A DNA stretch of 64,000 nucleotides from Bdellovibrionota bacterium (GTDB lineage: Bacteria > Bdellovibrionota_C > UBA2361 > CAKMMH01), in assembly GCA_050952645.1 (NCBI GenBank), contig JBMNLI010000012.1, positions 32,001 to 96,000 of the forward strand, written 5' to 3'. The notes under the pieces are model-generated. The model was not told the DNA's origin and made no database searches. It saw only the letters and a list, made by a program, of their open reading frames with translations. Below are positions 50,006-60,000 of the stretch, piece by piece. Each line of letters starts with the position of its first letter. Position 1 is the stretch's first letter. Made by a program: the position numbers and the translations under genes.

Positions 50006-50853
50006 TATTTTTTTTATATTTATTTGAATTTATCTGTATTTATTTTTTATTTTTGTTTTTATTTTTATCTTTGCTAGTCTATTTGTCTTAAATTTATCAA
50101 TAAATTCTATCAAATTTTTCTTTAGCGTTTTTTCTTTAGCGTTTTTTCTTTAGCGTTTTGTTTCCCCATGTTTTTTAGTAGTTTGTTATATCTTTATAAA
50201 AAAACCTTATAAAAAAAACTTATAAATTAAGCTAGTTGTGGTTTTTTTAGAAGAATTTAGAAGCATAGTGCTAAGTTATTAAGATAGAATAACTACATTA
50301 AGGATGGCACTTATATCTTGATTTTTTTAAAAAGGACACTTAATTTATGATTCCACAAAATGTATTAAGAGATTTTAAAGTAGTTGATATCGATATAACT
50401 AAACATCCTGATTATCAAAAATTAAAAAAAGAAATAGAAACATTAGAAAAAAAATTAAATGAAAAAAGACACTACTTAATTTTTAAGAGTTAAATTTTTT
50501 CTATCTCTGATTTTCTGTAATTTTCTTATAGCTTATTTTATAGTTCTTTTTATAATTGATGTATAAACTAAATGTTAAAGCTATATTTAGTAAAAAAGTT
50601 AAAGAATACTAGAAAGGTAGTTTTGTTTTTATAATTTTTTTTAAAAGAAACTTTTCTTAATCTTACGTTAATCTTACGGTTTTTTTCTATTATCTTTAAT
50701 AAATTTATTTACGAAAAAAGCCTTTAAAGAAGCTTCTTTATCGTTTTTCGTCTTAAAATCTTATCAAAAATTCCTAGTAATTTTAATAACATAAATTTTA
50801 TTCTTATTTTTTTTATAGTTGACTAATTTCTTTAGTTAGTGTAATTTTTTTAG

Positions 50854-51028
50854 TTGACTACTTAAGATTTTTTAGGCGTCTTGAAGCAAGAGTTCTTGCA
50901 TAGTAAAATTTCGAGATTTTAATTTTATAAATAAATATCTTATAAATAAATATCGAAGAGTTGTTATGCAAGAACTCTAATGTTTTTCAAGATGTTTTAA
51001 TTATCTAACTAGATTGTTTTGTAGTCGA
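50854..51028 (+). promoter_or_regulatory. Long structured 5' leader of the porin gene
   Basis: Four nested helices with G-U pairs, downstream of TTGACT-17-TAATTT. Confidence 0.55.
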
Positions 51029-51071
51029 AAAAATTAATTAATTAATTTTATTATTTTTGGGAGAATAAAAT

Positions 51072-52262
51072 ATGCGAAAAATAATTGCATTAGCAGGATT
51101 ATCTCTCCTTCTTCCGTTTACATCTCAAGCAAGAACGCTAGAAGATATCCTAGTTGAAAAGGGTATCGTTACTAGAAATGAACTTGCTTTAGTTAAGGAA
51201 GAAACTGCTGAGGAACCTGTAAAAATTTATTGGAATGAAGGAAGCCGTGTGGAATTTCCTGATGATGGATTTACTGCAAGGGTTTACACTAAATTCCGTT
51301 CAAGATATGAGTTCATCGATAACGATGGTGATGTAGAAAATGAGGATAATTTTGAAAATACCGACTTAACTTTAGGTATCGATGGAACGGCCCTTTATAA
51401 TGACTTTTACTATAAGTTTGATGCTAACTTCGCTAAAGACGGTAGCGATATGATTGAGGATGCTTACGTTCAATGGCAACCTTGTGATAATATGTACGCT
51501 CGTCTAGGTCAGTGGAGAACTGAGATCTCAAGACAAAGCAATACTAGCTCTAGCAAAAAGCAATTTCTTGATGATACAGTTGCTTCAAGCATTGTAGATA
51601 AAGGATATTTACATGGATTTGGAGCTGGTGGAGACGTATTAGATGGCAAAATTAAGTTCGGTGCATCTGTAAGAGGTGGAACTAGCGATGGTGAAGGAAG
51701 CAACAGACCTGGTATTGACAATGATGTTGCTGGCTATGCTTACGCTAGATGGGACGTATTAGGAGAAATGGATCCATTTGAAGAAGGCGATCTTGCAAAT
51801 ACTGAAGATTTGGCTATCAATGTTGGAACGGCTTATGGCTATTCTGATATGAATGCTTTAGGTGATGTGTATGCTGACCAAGCATTAAGTGCTGATATTA
51901 ACTTAAAGTATAGAGGGCTTTCACTAGCTGGTGAATATTTCTACGATAAGCTTGATGCAGAAATTACAGACGATTCTGCTGATTACAATGGCTTCTACGT
52001 TCAAGCTGGCTACTTTGTATTACCTCAACAATTAGAACTTGCTTCTCGTTTCGGTTATTCAGACTGTGATGGTGGAAGAATGTGGGGACAATGTGCAGGT
52101 AATGATAACATCAAACAAGCTTCTGTTGTAGCTAACTACTACTTTTGGGGACAACACCTAAAAGCACAAGTTGGTTATGATATGATTCAAGAAAAAGATG
52201 CTTCTACTAGAAGAAACGATAATACTAATAAATGGTTAGTAGGTGTTTCTACTTGGTGGTAA
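51072..52262 (+). CDS. Outer-membrane porin, OprO/OprP-like
   Basis: Signal peptide, LEDILVEKGIVT, DAYV, GQWR, GFYVQAGYF, aromatic C-terminus. Confidence 0.75.
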   Translation: MRKIIALAGLSLLLPFTSQARTLEDILVEKGIVTRNELALVKEETAEEPVKIYWNEGSRVEFPDDGFTARVYTKFRSRYEFIDNDGDVENEDNFENTDLTLGIDGTALYNDFYYKFDANFAKDGSDMIEDAYVQWQPCDNMYARLGQWRTEISRQSNTSSSKKQFLDDTVASSIVDKGYLHGFGAGGDVLDGKIKFGASVRGGTSDGEGSNRPGIDNDVAGYAYARWDVLGEMDPFEEGDLANTEDLAINVGTAYGYSDMNALGDVYADQALSADINLKYRGLSLAGEYFYDKLDAEITDDSADYNGFYVQAGYFVLPQQLELASRFGYSDCDGGRMWGQCAGNDNIKQASVVANYYFWGQHLKAQVGYDMIQEKDASTRRNDNTNKWLVGVSTWW

Positions 52263-52296
52263 GAAATATCTTTTAGCTTGAGCAGAAAGCTATTTT

Positions 52297-52337
52297 AAGG
52301 GATATCTTGCAAAGTTTTTGTGGGATATCCTTTTTTT
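52297..52337 (+). terminator. Intrinsic terminator
   Basis: aagggatatcttgcaaa...tttgtgggatatcc + T run. Confidence 0.8.
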
Positions 52338-52390
52338 ATGTTTTTTATTTATATCTTGTTTATTTAGCAAATTATTTTATTATATAAATT

Positions 52391-52753
52391 ATGAGTAAAA
52401 CTATTTTTAAAAAAATTATCGATAAAGAAATTCCTGCGACGATAGTCTATGAATCCGAAACGGTTCTAGCTTTTAAAGATGCAAATCCAGTGGCTCCCGT
52501 TCATATATTAGTAATTCCTAAAAAAGAAATAGAAAGTGTTGATAGCTTAAGCTCTAATGATTTTAAAGACTCTGATGATGGAGAAATTCTCTTAGATATG
52601 TTTAAAGCTATTAAGAAAATAGTTGCCGAGCAAGGCATTGCTAAAACTGGATATAGGCTAGTCGTAAATAATGGAAAGGATGCGCAACAATCCGTTAATC
52701 ATTTACATATTCACGTAATAGGTGGAAAATTTTTAAAATGGCCTCCTTGTTAA
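52391..52753 (+). CDS. HIT family (HinT-like) protein
   Basis: IFKKII.KEIPA, P.APVHILVIPK, QSVNHLHIHVIGG...WPP. Confidence 0.93.
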   Translation: MSKTIFKKIIDKEIPATIVYESETVLAFKDANPVAPVHILVIPKKEIESVDSLSSNDFKDSDDGEILLDMFKAIKKIVAEQGIAKTGYRLVVNNGKDAQQSVNHLHIHVIGGKFLKWPPC

Positions 52754-52813
52754 AAGTATCAAATATATAAAAATTATTTATAATTTCTAATTAAATATTT
52801 AATTAAATATTAA

Positions 52814-53305
52814 GTGAAAACATTAAGTGAAAATATTAAGGAATTAAAAGATATGTTTAAAAAATTAAGTGGCGGTATTTTTTTACTGTTTATAAGCGTT
52901 CTAGTTTTATGTTTAGATGCTTGTGTGTTAGTGCCTTTTATCGATTCGTATAAACAAATAGGAGTGTCTGAGGGAGATAGACAGGCTTTGCTTCCTAAGA
53001 CGTTAAAAAAATTTCAAGACTTTGTATACTGGGGACAATACTCTAACGCTTTAGCTTTTGCTAAAGAAGACGAGGTGATGAACATTAGAGAATCTTTAAA
53101 AAGGTATAAAGAAATAAAAATAGTTTCCATGAAAGTAGACGATATTTTATTTGAAGATGATTCAAAAAAAGCAACGGTCGATATAGTAGTTAGCTATTAT
53201 AAAATTCCACAATACGTAGTAGCAAAAGAGAAAGTAAGGGAAGTTTGGGAGTTTAGTTTAAGCGATTGGAAGATAAAAGAAAGGGTGATGATAAGTGAGG
53301 AATAA
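52814..53305 (+). CDS. Hypothetical lipoprotein
   Basis: Hydrophobic leader ending LDAC. Confidence 0.6.
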   Translation: MKTLSENIKELKDMFKKLSGGIFLLFISVLVLCLDACVLVPFIDSYKQIGVSEGDRQALLPKTLKKFQDFVYWGQYSNALAFAKEDEVMNIRESLKRYKEIKIVSMKVDDILFEDDSKKATVDIVVSYYKIPQYVVAKEKVREVWEFSLSDWKIKERVMISEE

Positions 53306-54251
53306 GAGGAATAAAACTAGTAATAAATTAAATGTAAATTTTAAAATTAAAAAAAACTACTTATTATCGTTTGTAGTAATTTTTAGTTTTGTAGTTTTTA
53401 GTTTCACAGCCTGCAATTTTAATAATATACCATTCTTGCAAAAGAAATTTTCTAAAACTGAAAATGAAAAAATCAAAACTACCGAAAGTGAAAATTTATT
53501 TTCTATGAGGATCGTAGAAAAAGTTAATGATGGCGAGAAAGTTTATATTTTAGGCGAGGCTTTTTCTAATGAAGAAATTCAGGTAGATAAAGTGTCTGTA
53601 AAATTAAGATTACTTAAAGGAAATGGAGAAACGAGTTTCGAGAATGTGTACGAATTTGCAGATTTGATGGGTAAAGATAAAAGTAAATTTTTTGAAAAAA
53701 AAGTTCCAAAGAGATTTTTAATCTCTTTAGATAATGATTTTTTAAAGCTAAATAGTGCTACAGATTTTCAATTAGAGCTTTTATGGAACTTAAATGAAGC
53801 TAACTTAAATGAAGCTAAGCAAGATGAAGTTAAACAAGGTGAGGATAGGCAAAGAGAGATTAAAGACGAGAGTTTAACTAATAGCGTAGCGAGCGTAGAT
53901 AATTTTTCAAATTTAAGCACGCTTCCTAAAGAGGCGTTAAAGATGGTTAATCTATCTTTTGAAAAAAAACTTGTGTCTTTAAATGATAAAGAACCTAAAT
54001 ATTACTTTTTAATAAGTGGAGAGCTTGAAAATTTATCAGATAGGGTAATAAATGAAATCACCATTACAGTTTCTTTTAAAAGCAAGTTAAGCAATATTAA
54101 GTTAAATAAAGAAGAAGAGTTCTTGGAAATTAAAGGTATTCGGATTAAACCTCATAGTTCAAAAAAGTTTGAGATGGAGTTAGACACCGTTTTAAGTAGT
54201 CAAGATGCGAATATTTATAAACCAGAAATAAAGATATTAAGTTTTAATTAA
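53295..54251 (+). CDS. Hypothetical lipoprotein with C-terminal Ig-like (FxLYD-like) domain
   Basis: FSFTAC lipobox; ISGELENLS...I.ITVSF...I.P.SSKKF. Confidence 0.55.
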   Translation: MRNKRNKTSNKLNVNFKIKKNYLLSFVVIFSFVVFSFTACNFNNIPFLQKKFSKTENEKIKTTESENLFSMRIVEKVNDGEKVYILGEAFSNEEIQVDKVSVKLRLLKGNGETSFENVYEFADLMGKDKSKFFEKKVPKRFLISLDNDFLKLNSATDFQLELLWNLNEANLNEAKQDEVKQGEDRQREIKDESLTNSVASVDNFSNLSTLPKEALKMVNLSFEKKLVSLNDKEPKYYFLISGELENLSDRVINEITITVSFKSKLSNIKLNKEEEFLEIKGIRIKPHSSKKFEMELDTVLSSQDANIYKPEIKILSFN

Positions 54252-54290
54252 ATTTCTTTTGTAAAATAAAATTGCTTTAAGTAGTAAGGT

Positions 54291-55619
54291 ATGAAAAAAA
54301 AATTATATATAAGAACGTATGGCTGTCAAATGAACACGTACGATTCTAAGAGAATAGCTAGTTTATTAGAAAACGAATATGAGACTACGGATACCGCATT
54401 AGATGCAGATTTAATAATCATCAATACTTGTAGCGTTAGAAGAAAGCCTGAAGAAAAGCTTTTTGCAGTCTTAGGCTCTATAAAACCTTTAAAGCAAAAT
54501 AATAAAAATTTAATTATCGGCGTTGGAGGTTGCGTAGCTCAACAATATGGGAAAAGTCTCTTAGAAAGAGCCTCACATGTAGACTTTGTTTTTGGGACTC
54601 ATAATTTATCTTTAATACCTAAGTTTATAGAAGATATAAACAAAGAAAGAGATAAGAATAGTGATAATCAAAAATATGTAGGCGTAGAATTTAGAGATGC
54701 ATGGGAAGAGCTTCCTATTTTAAATTCTAGTAAAGGCGCCTTGTCGATTAGTGTTGCGATAAGTAGAGGGTGTGATAATAAGTGTGCCTATTGCATAGTG
54801 CCACAAACTAGAGGTAGGGAAGTATCTAGACCGCACAGTGAGATTATAGATGAAATTTTATCATCCGTAGAGATGGGAGCTAAAGAGGTGCTTCTTTTAG
54901 GGCAATGCGTCAATTCGTATAAAAGCCCAGTTGATGAGAGCGTATCGTTTGAAAAATTATTAGAAAAAATTAGTGATATTAAAGGCATCGAGAGGATACG
55001 TTTTATAAGTCCTCATCCTAAACATATTACAGACGAGTTTATAAATCTCGTATGTTCTAATCCTAAGATTTGTAGGCATATTCACTTGCCCTTACAAGCA
55101 GGAAGCGATAGAGTTTTAGAGCTTATGAATAGAAAGTATACCAAGGAGCGCTATTTAGATATAGTAAATAAAATTAAGAGCAAAGTTCCCGACATGGCTT
55201 TTACGACGGATATAATAGTAGGGTTCCCGACTGAAACTGAGAGTGATTTTTTAGAAACGGTGAATGTGGTTGAAAAAGTGGGTTTTGTAAATAGTTATTC
55301 CTTTGTGTATTCTCCTAGACCTAATACGGAAGCATTAAAATTAGTTGATGATGTTCCGTATAGTGAAAAATTAGGCTGGCTTAATTTTTTGCAAGATAGG
55401 CAATACGAAGTGTCTGCAAGGGTGCTTAAAGATTTTATAGGCAAAACTACTAGTATTTTAGTTGACGGTTTTTCAAAGAAAGATGATACTTGTTATAAGG
55501 GAACTAATTCTCAAAATATTACGGTCAATCTTTCTAGTGACTATTCAAGTGTAGTAAAGCTTGGTAGTATTATAGATGTGAAAATAAAGGATATTTCTAG
55601 ATTAACATTAAAAGCGTAA
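54291..55619 (+). CDS. miaB: tRNA methylthiotransferase
   Basis: TYGCQMN..DS, NTCSVR, GCVAQ, CDNKCAYCIVP, HLPLQAGSD, TDIIVGFP.ET. Confidence 0.95.
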   Translation: MKKKLYIRTYGCQMNTYDSKRIASLLENEYETTDTALDADLIIINTCSVRRKPEEKLFAVLGSIKPLKQNNKNLIIGVGGCVAQQYGKSLLERASHVDFVFGTHNLSLIPKFIEDINKERDKNSDNQKYVGVEFRDAWEELPILNSSKGALSISVAISRGCDNKCAYCIVPQTRGREVSRPHSEIIDEILSSVEMGAKEVLLLGQCVNSYKSPVDESVSFEKLLEKISDIKGIERIRFISPHPKHITDEFINLVCSNPKICRHIHLPLQAGSDRVLELMNRKYTKERYLDIVNKIKSKVPDMAFTTDIIVGFPTETESDFLETVNVVEKVGFVNSYSFVYSPRPNTEALKLVDDVPYSEKLGWLNFLQDRQYEVSARVLKDFIGKTTSILVDGFSKKDDTCYKGTNSQNITVNLSSDYSSVVKLGSIIDVKIKDISRLTLKA

Positions 55620-55658
55620 AATAAAAAATAAGTCTTATTTTAAAAAGGTTAATAGTTT

Positions 55659-56450
55659 ATGAGTAAAAAAAATAAAAAAACAAAAAACGTTAAAGAACTT
55701 AAAGAAAATGTTGCTAGCAATACAGAGCTTGAGCAAGTTTTTGTAGAGGATCCTTTGTTTAGGTTTTTAAAAAAATGGCAAAATGTTATTTTCTGGGTAC
55801 TTTTACTCGTAGTAGTAGGGTATTTTGGGCATCAAAAATACACTGAAACTAGGTTAAGTGAGCAAAGAGAAGATGCAGATTTATTTGAAGAGTTTAGACC
55901 AATTTATGCTAATATTATAACTCTTAATAAAGATATTAGGGAAAAAGAGTTAAGGATAGAGAGAGAAAAAAAAGAAAACAAGGATGTAGTAGGTGCTAAG
56001 AAAGATTTAGAAAATTTACAAGAGCGTTTAAGTAAGTCTTTAGTAGAGGCTAATAGTCGTATTAAACCGCTAATGGCAAGCAGGCATTATGGTTCTATAT
56101 CAAAATTATATTCGGCTCAATTAAAAAGAGTTCAAGGAGATGATAAGGGCTTTGAAAAGATAGTTGGCTCTTTAGATTATAATAATTTTCAAAATGAAAA
56201 AAATGATTCTAAAAGATTTTACAAAGAGCTTACTTGTATAATAGTAGCTAAGACTTATTTAGAAGATAAATCAAAAATAGAGGAAGGAAAAAAACTTTTA
56301 ATGAATTTAGCAAAAAATGGAAAGTTTTTTAACGTTGTAGCTTTTAACTCGCTAGAGATCGTTTCAGGTAGAAAAGATGTAGATGCATTAAGTGCTTTAA
56401 AAAGTGAGATCTTAACGGTATATCCAGAACAGGCAGAGTTGTTAAAATAG
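55659..56450 (+). CDS. Membrane-anchored helical/TPR-like protein (YfgM-like)
   Basis: Single TM followed by a helical domain. Confidence 0.5.
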   Translation: MSKKNKKTKNVKELKENVASNTELEQVFVEDPLFRFLKKWQNVIFWVLLLVVVGYFGHQKYTETRLSEQREDADLFEEFRPIYANIITLNKDIREKELRIEREKKENKDVVGAKKDLENLQERLSKSLVEANSRIKPLMASRHYGSISKLYSAQLKRVQGDDKGFEKIVGSLDYNNFQNEKNDSKRFYKELTCIIVAKTYLEDKSKIEEGKKLLMNLAKNGKFFNVVAFNSLEIVSGRKDVDALSALKSEILTVYPEQAELLK

Positions 56451-56721
56451 AAAAAAAGTTTTTTTTAAAATGCATTAAAAAATTTATCAGCAAAGGGAGT
56501 ATTAGAAGCATTTAGGTGTTTTCGGTAATACTTTAAATTTATCTATCTCTGTTAGTTTTAAGTTTTTTATATTGTTATTTATAACTTGAAATTGTATAAT
56601 TAGTTTTGTAAGTTTTTGTATTACGTATATTGCTTCGATACGTGTTTTTAGAAAATTTTAATTTAAGCCCAAAATTTTTTTTAAAGAGTGTGTAAGTAAA
56701 ATTAAAAACTAGATTTTTATT

Positions 56722-58684
56722 ATGTTAAAATTCCTTTTAACCTCAAACAGTCGATTGAAAAATTTCTTTAAAAATTTCTTTCAAAATAAAAATTTGATGA
56801 AAAATAAATATAAAAAGTCTCATTCGAGTCGTGGTAGTATTTTAACAGAAACAGGCTATAGTTTGTTTTTATTATTTTGTACTTACATGGGTAGTGACGA
56901 ATGTTTTCGTATTTGTTTTTCATGTGGTATGTTTAAATGAGAGAAATCTAGACTTGTTAATAGCTGTAGAAAATAGGCCAGTGCAATTTGTAGTCGATGT
57001 TTCACCTCATTTTATGGTAGCCTTAAGAGAGTATTGCCTAGACGGTTTAAGAGATACAGACGTTCCTAATTGTGAGTCTGTAAGGGGGAAAACTCGAAGT
57101 GAAATAGATGAAGTATGCGAAGTGCCTGAGGTGCAAGCTCTATCTAAAGATTGTCCTACTATATGTAAATTTTGGATTACGGCTTATAATTTAGCATTAT
57201 CGAAAAAGGTAGCGACGCCTAAGCAGCTAGGCTTTAAATATTTTGAGTTAAGAGGGGAGCCGTGTATAGCTAAGTATGGTATTTTAATTGCTTCTTCACG
57301 TTTTAGGTGGGTTAGAAAAATTGTTTTGGGGGTTAGCTTAAAAGAAAATTGGCTTTTATAGAAAACTATCTATAGTTTAAAGAAAAATTACAACTATATT
57401 TAAAGTAATTTATTTTATGCAAATTTCTTTAAAGTCAATTTTCTTTTGGGCTTCGTGGGGCGAGTGATACTAATTTTAAGGTCTAAAACCTACCTTAAAA
57501 CGTGAAGAGCCTTTTAATTCCTGATATAAAATTAGATAATGATAGTATAAAGACTACTAAACTCCCTCGAGAGTTTGTGGAGAAAGGAAAAATATGTAGA
57601 TTTTGTTCCCGTTGATAAAGAAAGTGAGACGATAAAACTTAGGACAATGAAGGGAGGGAAGATTTTTATTAAGTCTGGTATAATATTAGATATATTTAAG
57701 TTGTTAGATGATGAGCCTCTCATAGCAGATTCGTTTCATGTAGGTTTTTTTAGGACTGCGCAAATTTTCGATACATCTAGTTCACCTAAGGGGAGTTCGT
57801 CTAGTAGTAGTCCATCATCTAGTAGTTCATCGTCTAGTAGGAGCAGTTTATCTAGTAGCAGTGCATCTAGTAGTAGCATTTCTTCAAGTTTTTCTAGTAG
57901 TAGTAGTTTAAGTAGTTCTAGCTCATCTTTAAGTTCACCTTCAAGTTCATTATCTAGTAGCAAAAGTTCTAGCAAGAGTAGTTCTTCTAGTTCTTCTAGT
58001 TCTCTAAGTTCAAGCTTATCGCCAAGTAGTAGTAGTTCGTCTAGCTCTTCTAGTAAGAGTTCATCATTAAGTAAGAGTAGTTCGCCAAGTAGTAGCTCAT
58101 CTAGCAAGAGTTCGTCATCTAGTAGTAAGAGTTCGTCGTCTATTAGTTCTAGTTTAAGTAAGAGTAGTTCTTCAACCAAAAATCAGGGTAGCAATTATGG
58201 AGCTGATGGAGTGTGTTGCCCTAGGGAGTTTGATATAATGTGCGGTGGTGAAGGACAATGTTGTCCTGTAAATAGATGTATAGGCGAAGGTGGTGGTGCT
58301 AGGTGTGGTTGTTCTAGCGATGAAACAGAGTATACAGATAATAGCGGTAAAAAAGCGTGTTGTAAAACTGGTAGAATATATAACGAACAATATTGTTGCT
58401 CTCAGGATTTATGTAATGGAGTATGTTGCGAAGATGGAGAGACGTGTGATAATGGTGAATGTAAAGGAGAGTATAATTGTATGTCTGGGGAGAATTTTAA
58501 AAATGAAGGTTGCACGCCAGGCAATATGACTGAAGAATGTTGCGGAGGTAATTGTATGCGGTTTGGGGATGATATATACAGGTGTTCGCTTTGGGAAAAG
58601 AATTATGGTAAACCTTGCGAAAATGATGTAGATTGTGATAATTATAGACTAAAGTGCGAAAGTGGCAGGTGTGTAATTTCTTAA
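56722..58684 (+). pseudogene. Paralog of 112..4107, interrupted by a MITE and two 1-nt frameshifts
   Basis: SRG|SILTE TadE motif; CPTICKFWITAYNLA, CIAKYGILIP and DSFHVGFFRT match the first gene; Ser tract; CC repeats; shared C-terminal EYNCM...EKNYGKPCE...YRLKCESG.CV. Confidence 0.85.
57290..57511 (+). mobile_element. 222-bp MITE with ISL3-like ends and an 8-bp target duplication
   Basis: Imperfect ~24-bp TIRs gcttcttcacgttttaggtgggtt / aacctaccttaaaacgtgaagagcc; ttttaatt at 57282-57289 and 57512-57519. Confidence 0.85.
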
Positions 58685-58706
58685 GTGTTCTTATTATATA
58701 TTTTTC

Positions 58707-58735
58707 TTGTCTAAAAAGCTTATTTTCAGTATAAT
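58707..58735 (+). promoter_or_regulatory. sigma70 promoter
   Basis: TTGTCT-17-TATAAT. Confidence 0.7.
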
Positions 58736-58850
58736 AAAGTTTAATTTGTGTCCTTTAAAGGACGGTTTTTTTAGGATTTGCAGTTCAGTTAAGATTTAAT
58801 TGAGTTGCAAATTCTTCACCTAATCTCTACTAGAAAGGAGAGATAGGATT

Positions 58851-59714
58851 ATGAAAAGGATTTTTGGTGTTGCCGTTTTGGCGTGTACTATTTTCTTTGG
58901 TGCTACTTGCTTTGGGCAAAAAGAAAATCTTGTTCCTAAAGGCGGAGAGAAGATTGAGAAAGTTATCCCGCAGGATAATGCACAGAATAACGCTCCGAAT
59001 ACTAATCTGACGCAAGAACAACTTAACTATAATCATCAGACGCTTATCTATGCTGAAATGATGGAGAAAGATAAGGCTACGTATTCGGGAGAATCTTTGT
59101 ATAGAAGGCTTGGCTTCCTTGAAAAGGGCATCACTAAATTTCAAAGTATGGTAGATGAAATTCAAGCCATTGGTGTTGATGCTAATGACATTCGAGTTGT
59201 GAATGGGTGTGATAGTCTTAAAAATTCTAACCTTCCAGTTTTAATTAAGAACGCTGCTGAAATTAGGTCTAGAATGCAAGAAGGCGTGCCTAAAAGACGG
59301 CCAGCAAGGAAGCAACTAGAAGCGAGTTTGTGGAACGACCCTGAGATTCTATATATTGTTGCAGAAATAAAGTTTTTTTGCGAATGTTCTGTTCGGGGTT
59401 GGGAAATAACAAAAAAGTACTCGCGAAAAGCAGCAGATGAGATAAAAGAGCCGATAGATAAAGCGGACAAAGTACTCAAACAGATGGAATATATCTGCAC
59501 TGGCATTTGTATGCAATTTTCCGAAGATAGTAAAGCTTACTGGGGAAATAAGCTTGGTATGGGTAAGCCAAAAACAGTCTACTACTTCAAGTCAGTAAAT
59601 GGAGAACGTAAAGCTTATGTTATGGGTAAGAGAGAAGGCACTGACGAAATACCAGAGGCAGTAATGCCAAACGACAACCGTAAGAACGTCAATAACCGTA
59701 GACGTGATCAGTGA
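58851..59714 (+). CDS. Hypothetical secreted helical protein
   Basis: Signal peptide MKRIFGVAVLACTIFFGATCFG; AGGA RBS; own promoter and terminator. Confidence 0.7.
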   Translation: MKRIFGVAVLACTIFFGATCFGQKENLVPKGGEKIEKVIPQDNAQNNAPNTNLTQEQLNYNHQTLIYAEMMEKDKATYSGESLYRRLGFLEKGITKFQSMVDEIQAIGVDANDIRVVNGCDSLKNSNLPVLIKNAAEIRSRMQEGVPKRRPARKQLEASLWNDPEILYIVAEIKFFCECSVRGWEITKKYSRKAADEIKEPIDKADKVLKQMEYICTGICMQFSEDSKAYWGNKLGMGKPKTVYYFKSVNGERKAYVMGKREGTDEIPEAVMPNDNRKNVNNRRRDQ

Positions 59715-59727
59715 TGATCCAACATTT

Positions 59728-59771
59728 GAGCTCCTTTTTATACATCTGTATTTTAAAGGAGCTCTTTTTTT
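59728..59771 (+). terminator. Intrinsic terminator
   Basis: gagctccttt...aaaggagctc + T run. Confidence 0.75.
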
Positions 59772-60000
59772 ATTAATTTTTTATTACAAAAAATTTTCAC
59801 TTTTACTAAAAGTTTTATCGATACTCCTATTTTCTTTCTATCATTTAGTTTCTTTCTACCATTCTTGCTCCCTTTTATTCTTACCATTTATTGAAAATAA
59901 TCTTTAATTTTCGTATAATATACATTTACTCTAAAGAAAATAAACTAGGTAATATAAAAATATATAAGGAAATAAATTATATAAGGAAATAAATTAAAGA

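Noticed and set aside
50347..50493. 48-aa ORF or integrated element after tRNA-Lys
   Set aside because: Possibly a gene remnant, but no recognisable family, integrase or att duplication
59704..59907. 67-aa hydrophobic ORF
   Set aside because: Runs through a terminator and T-rich spacer; no RBS
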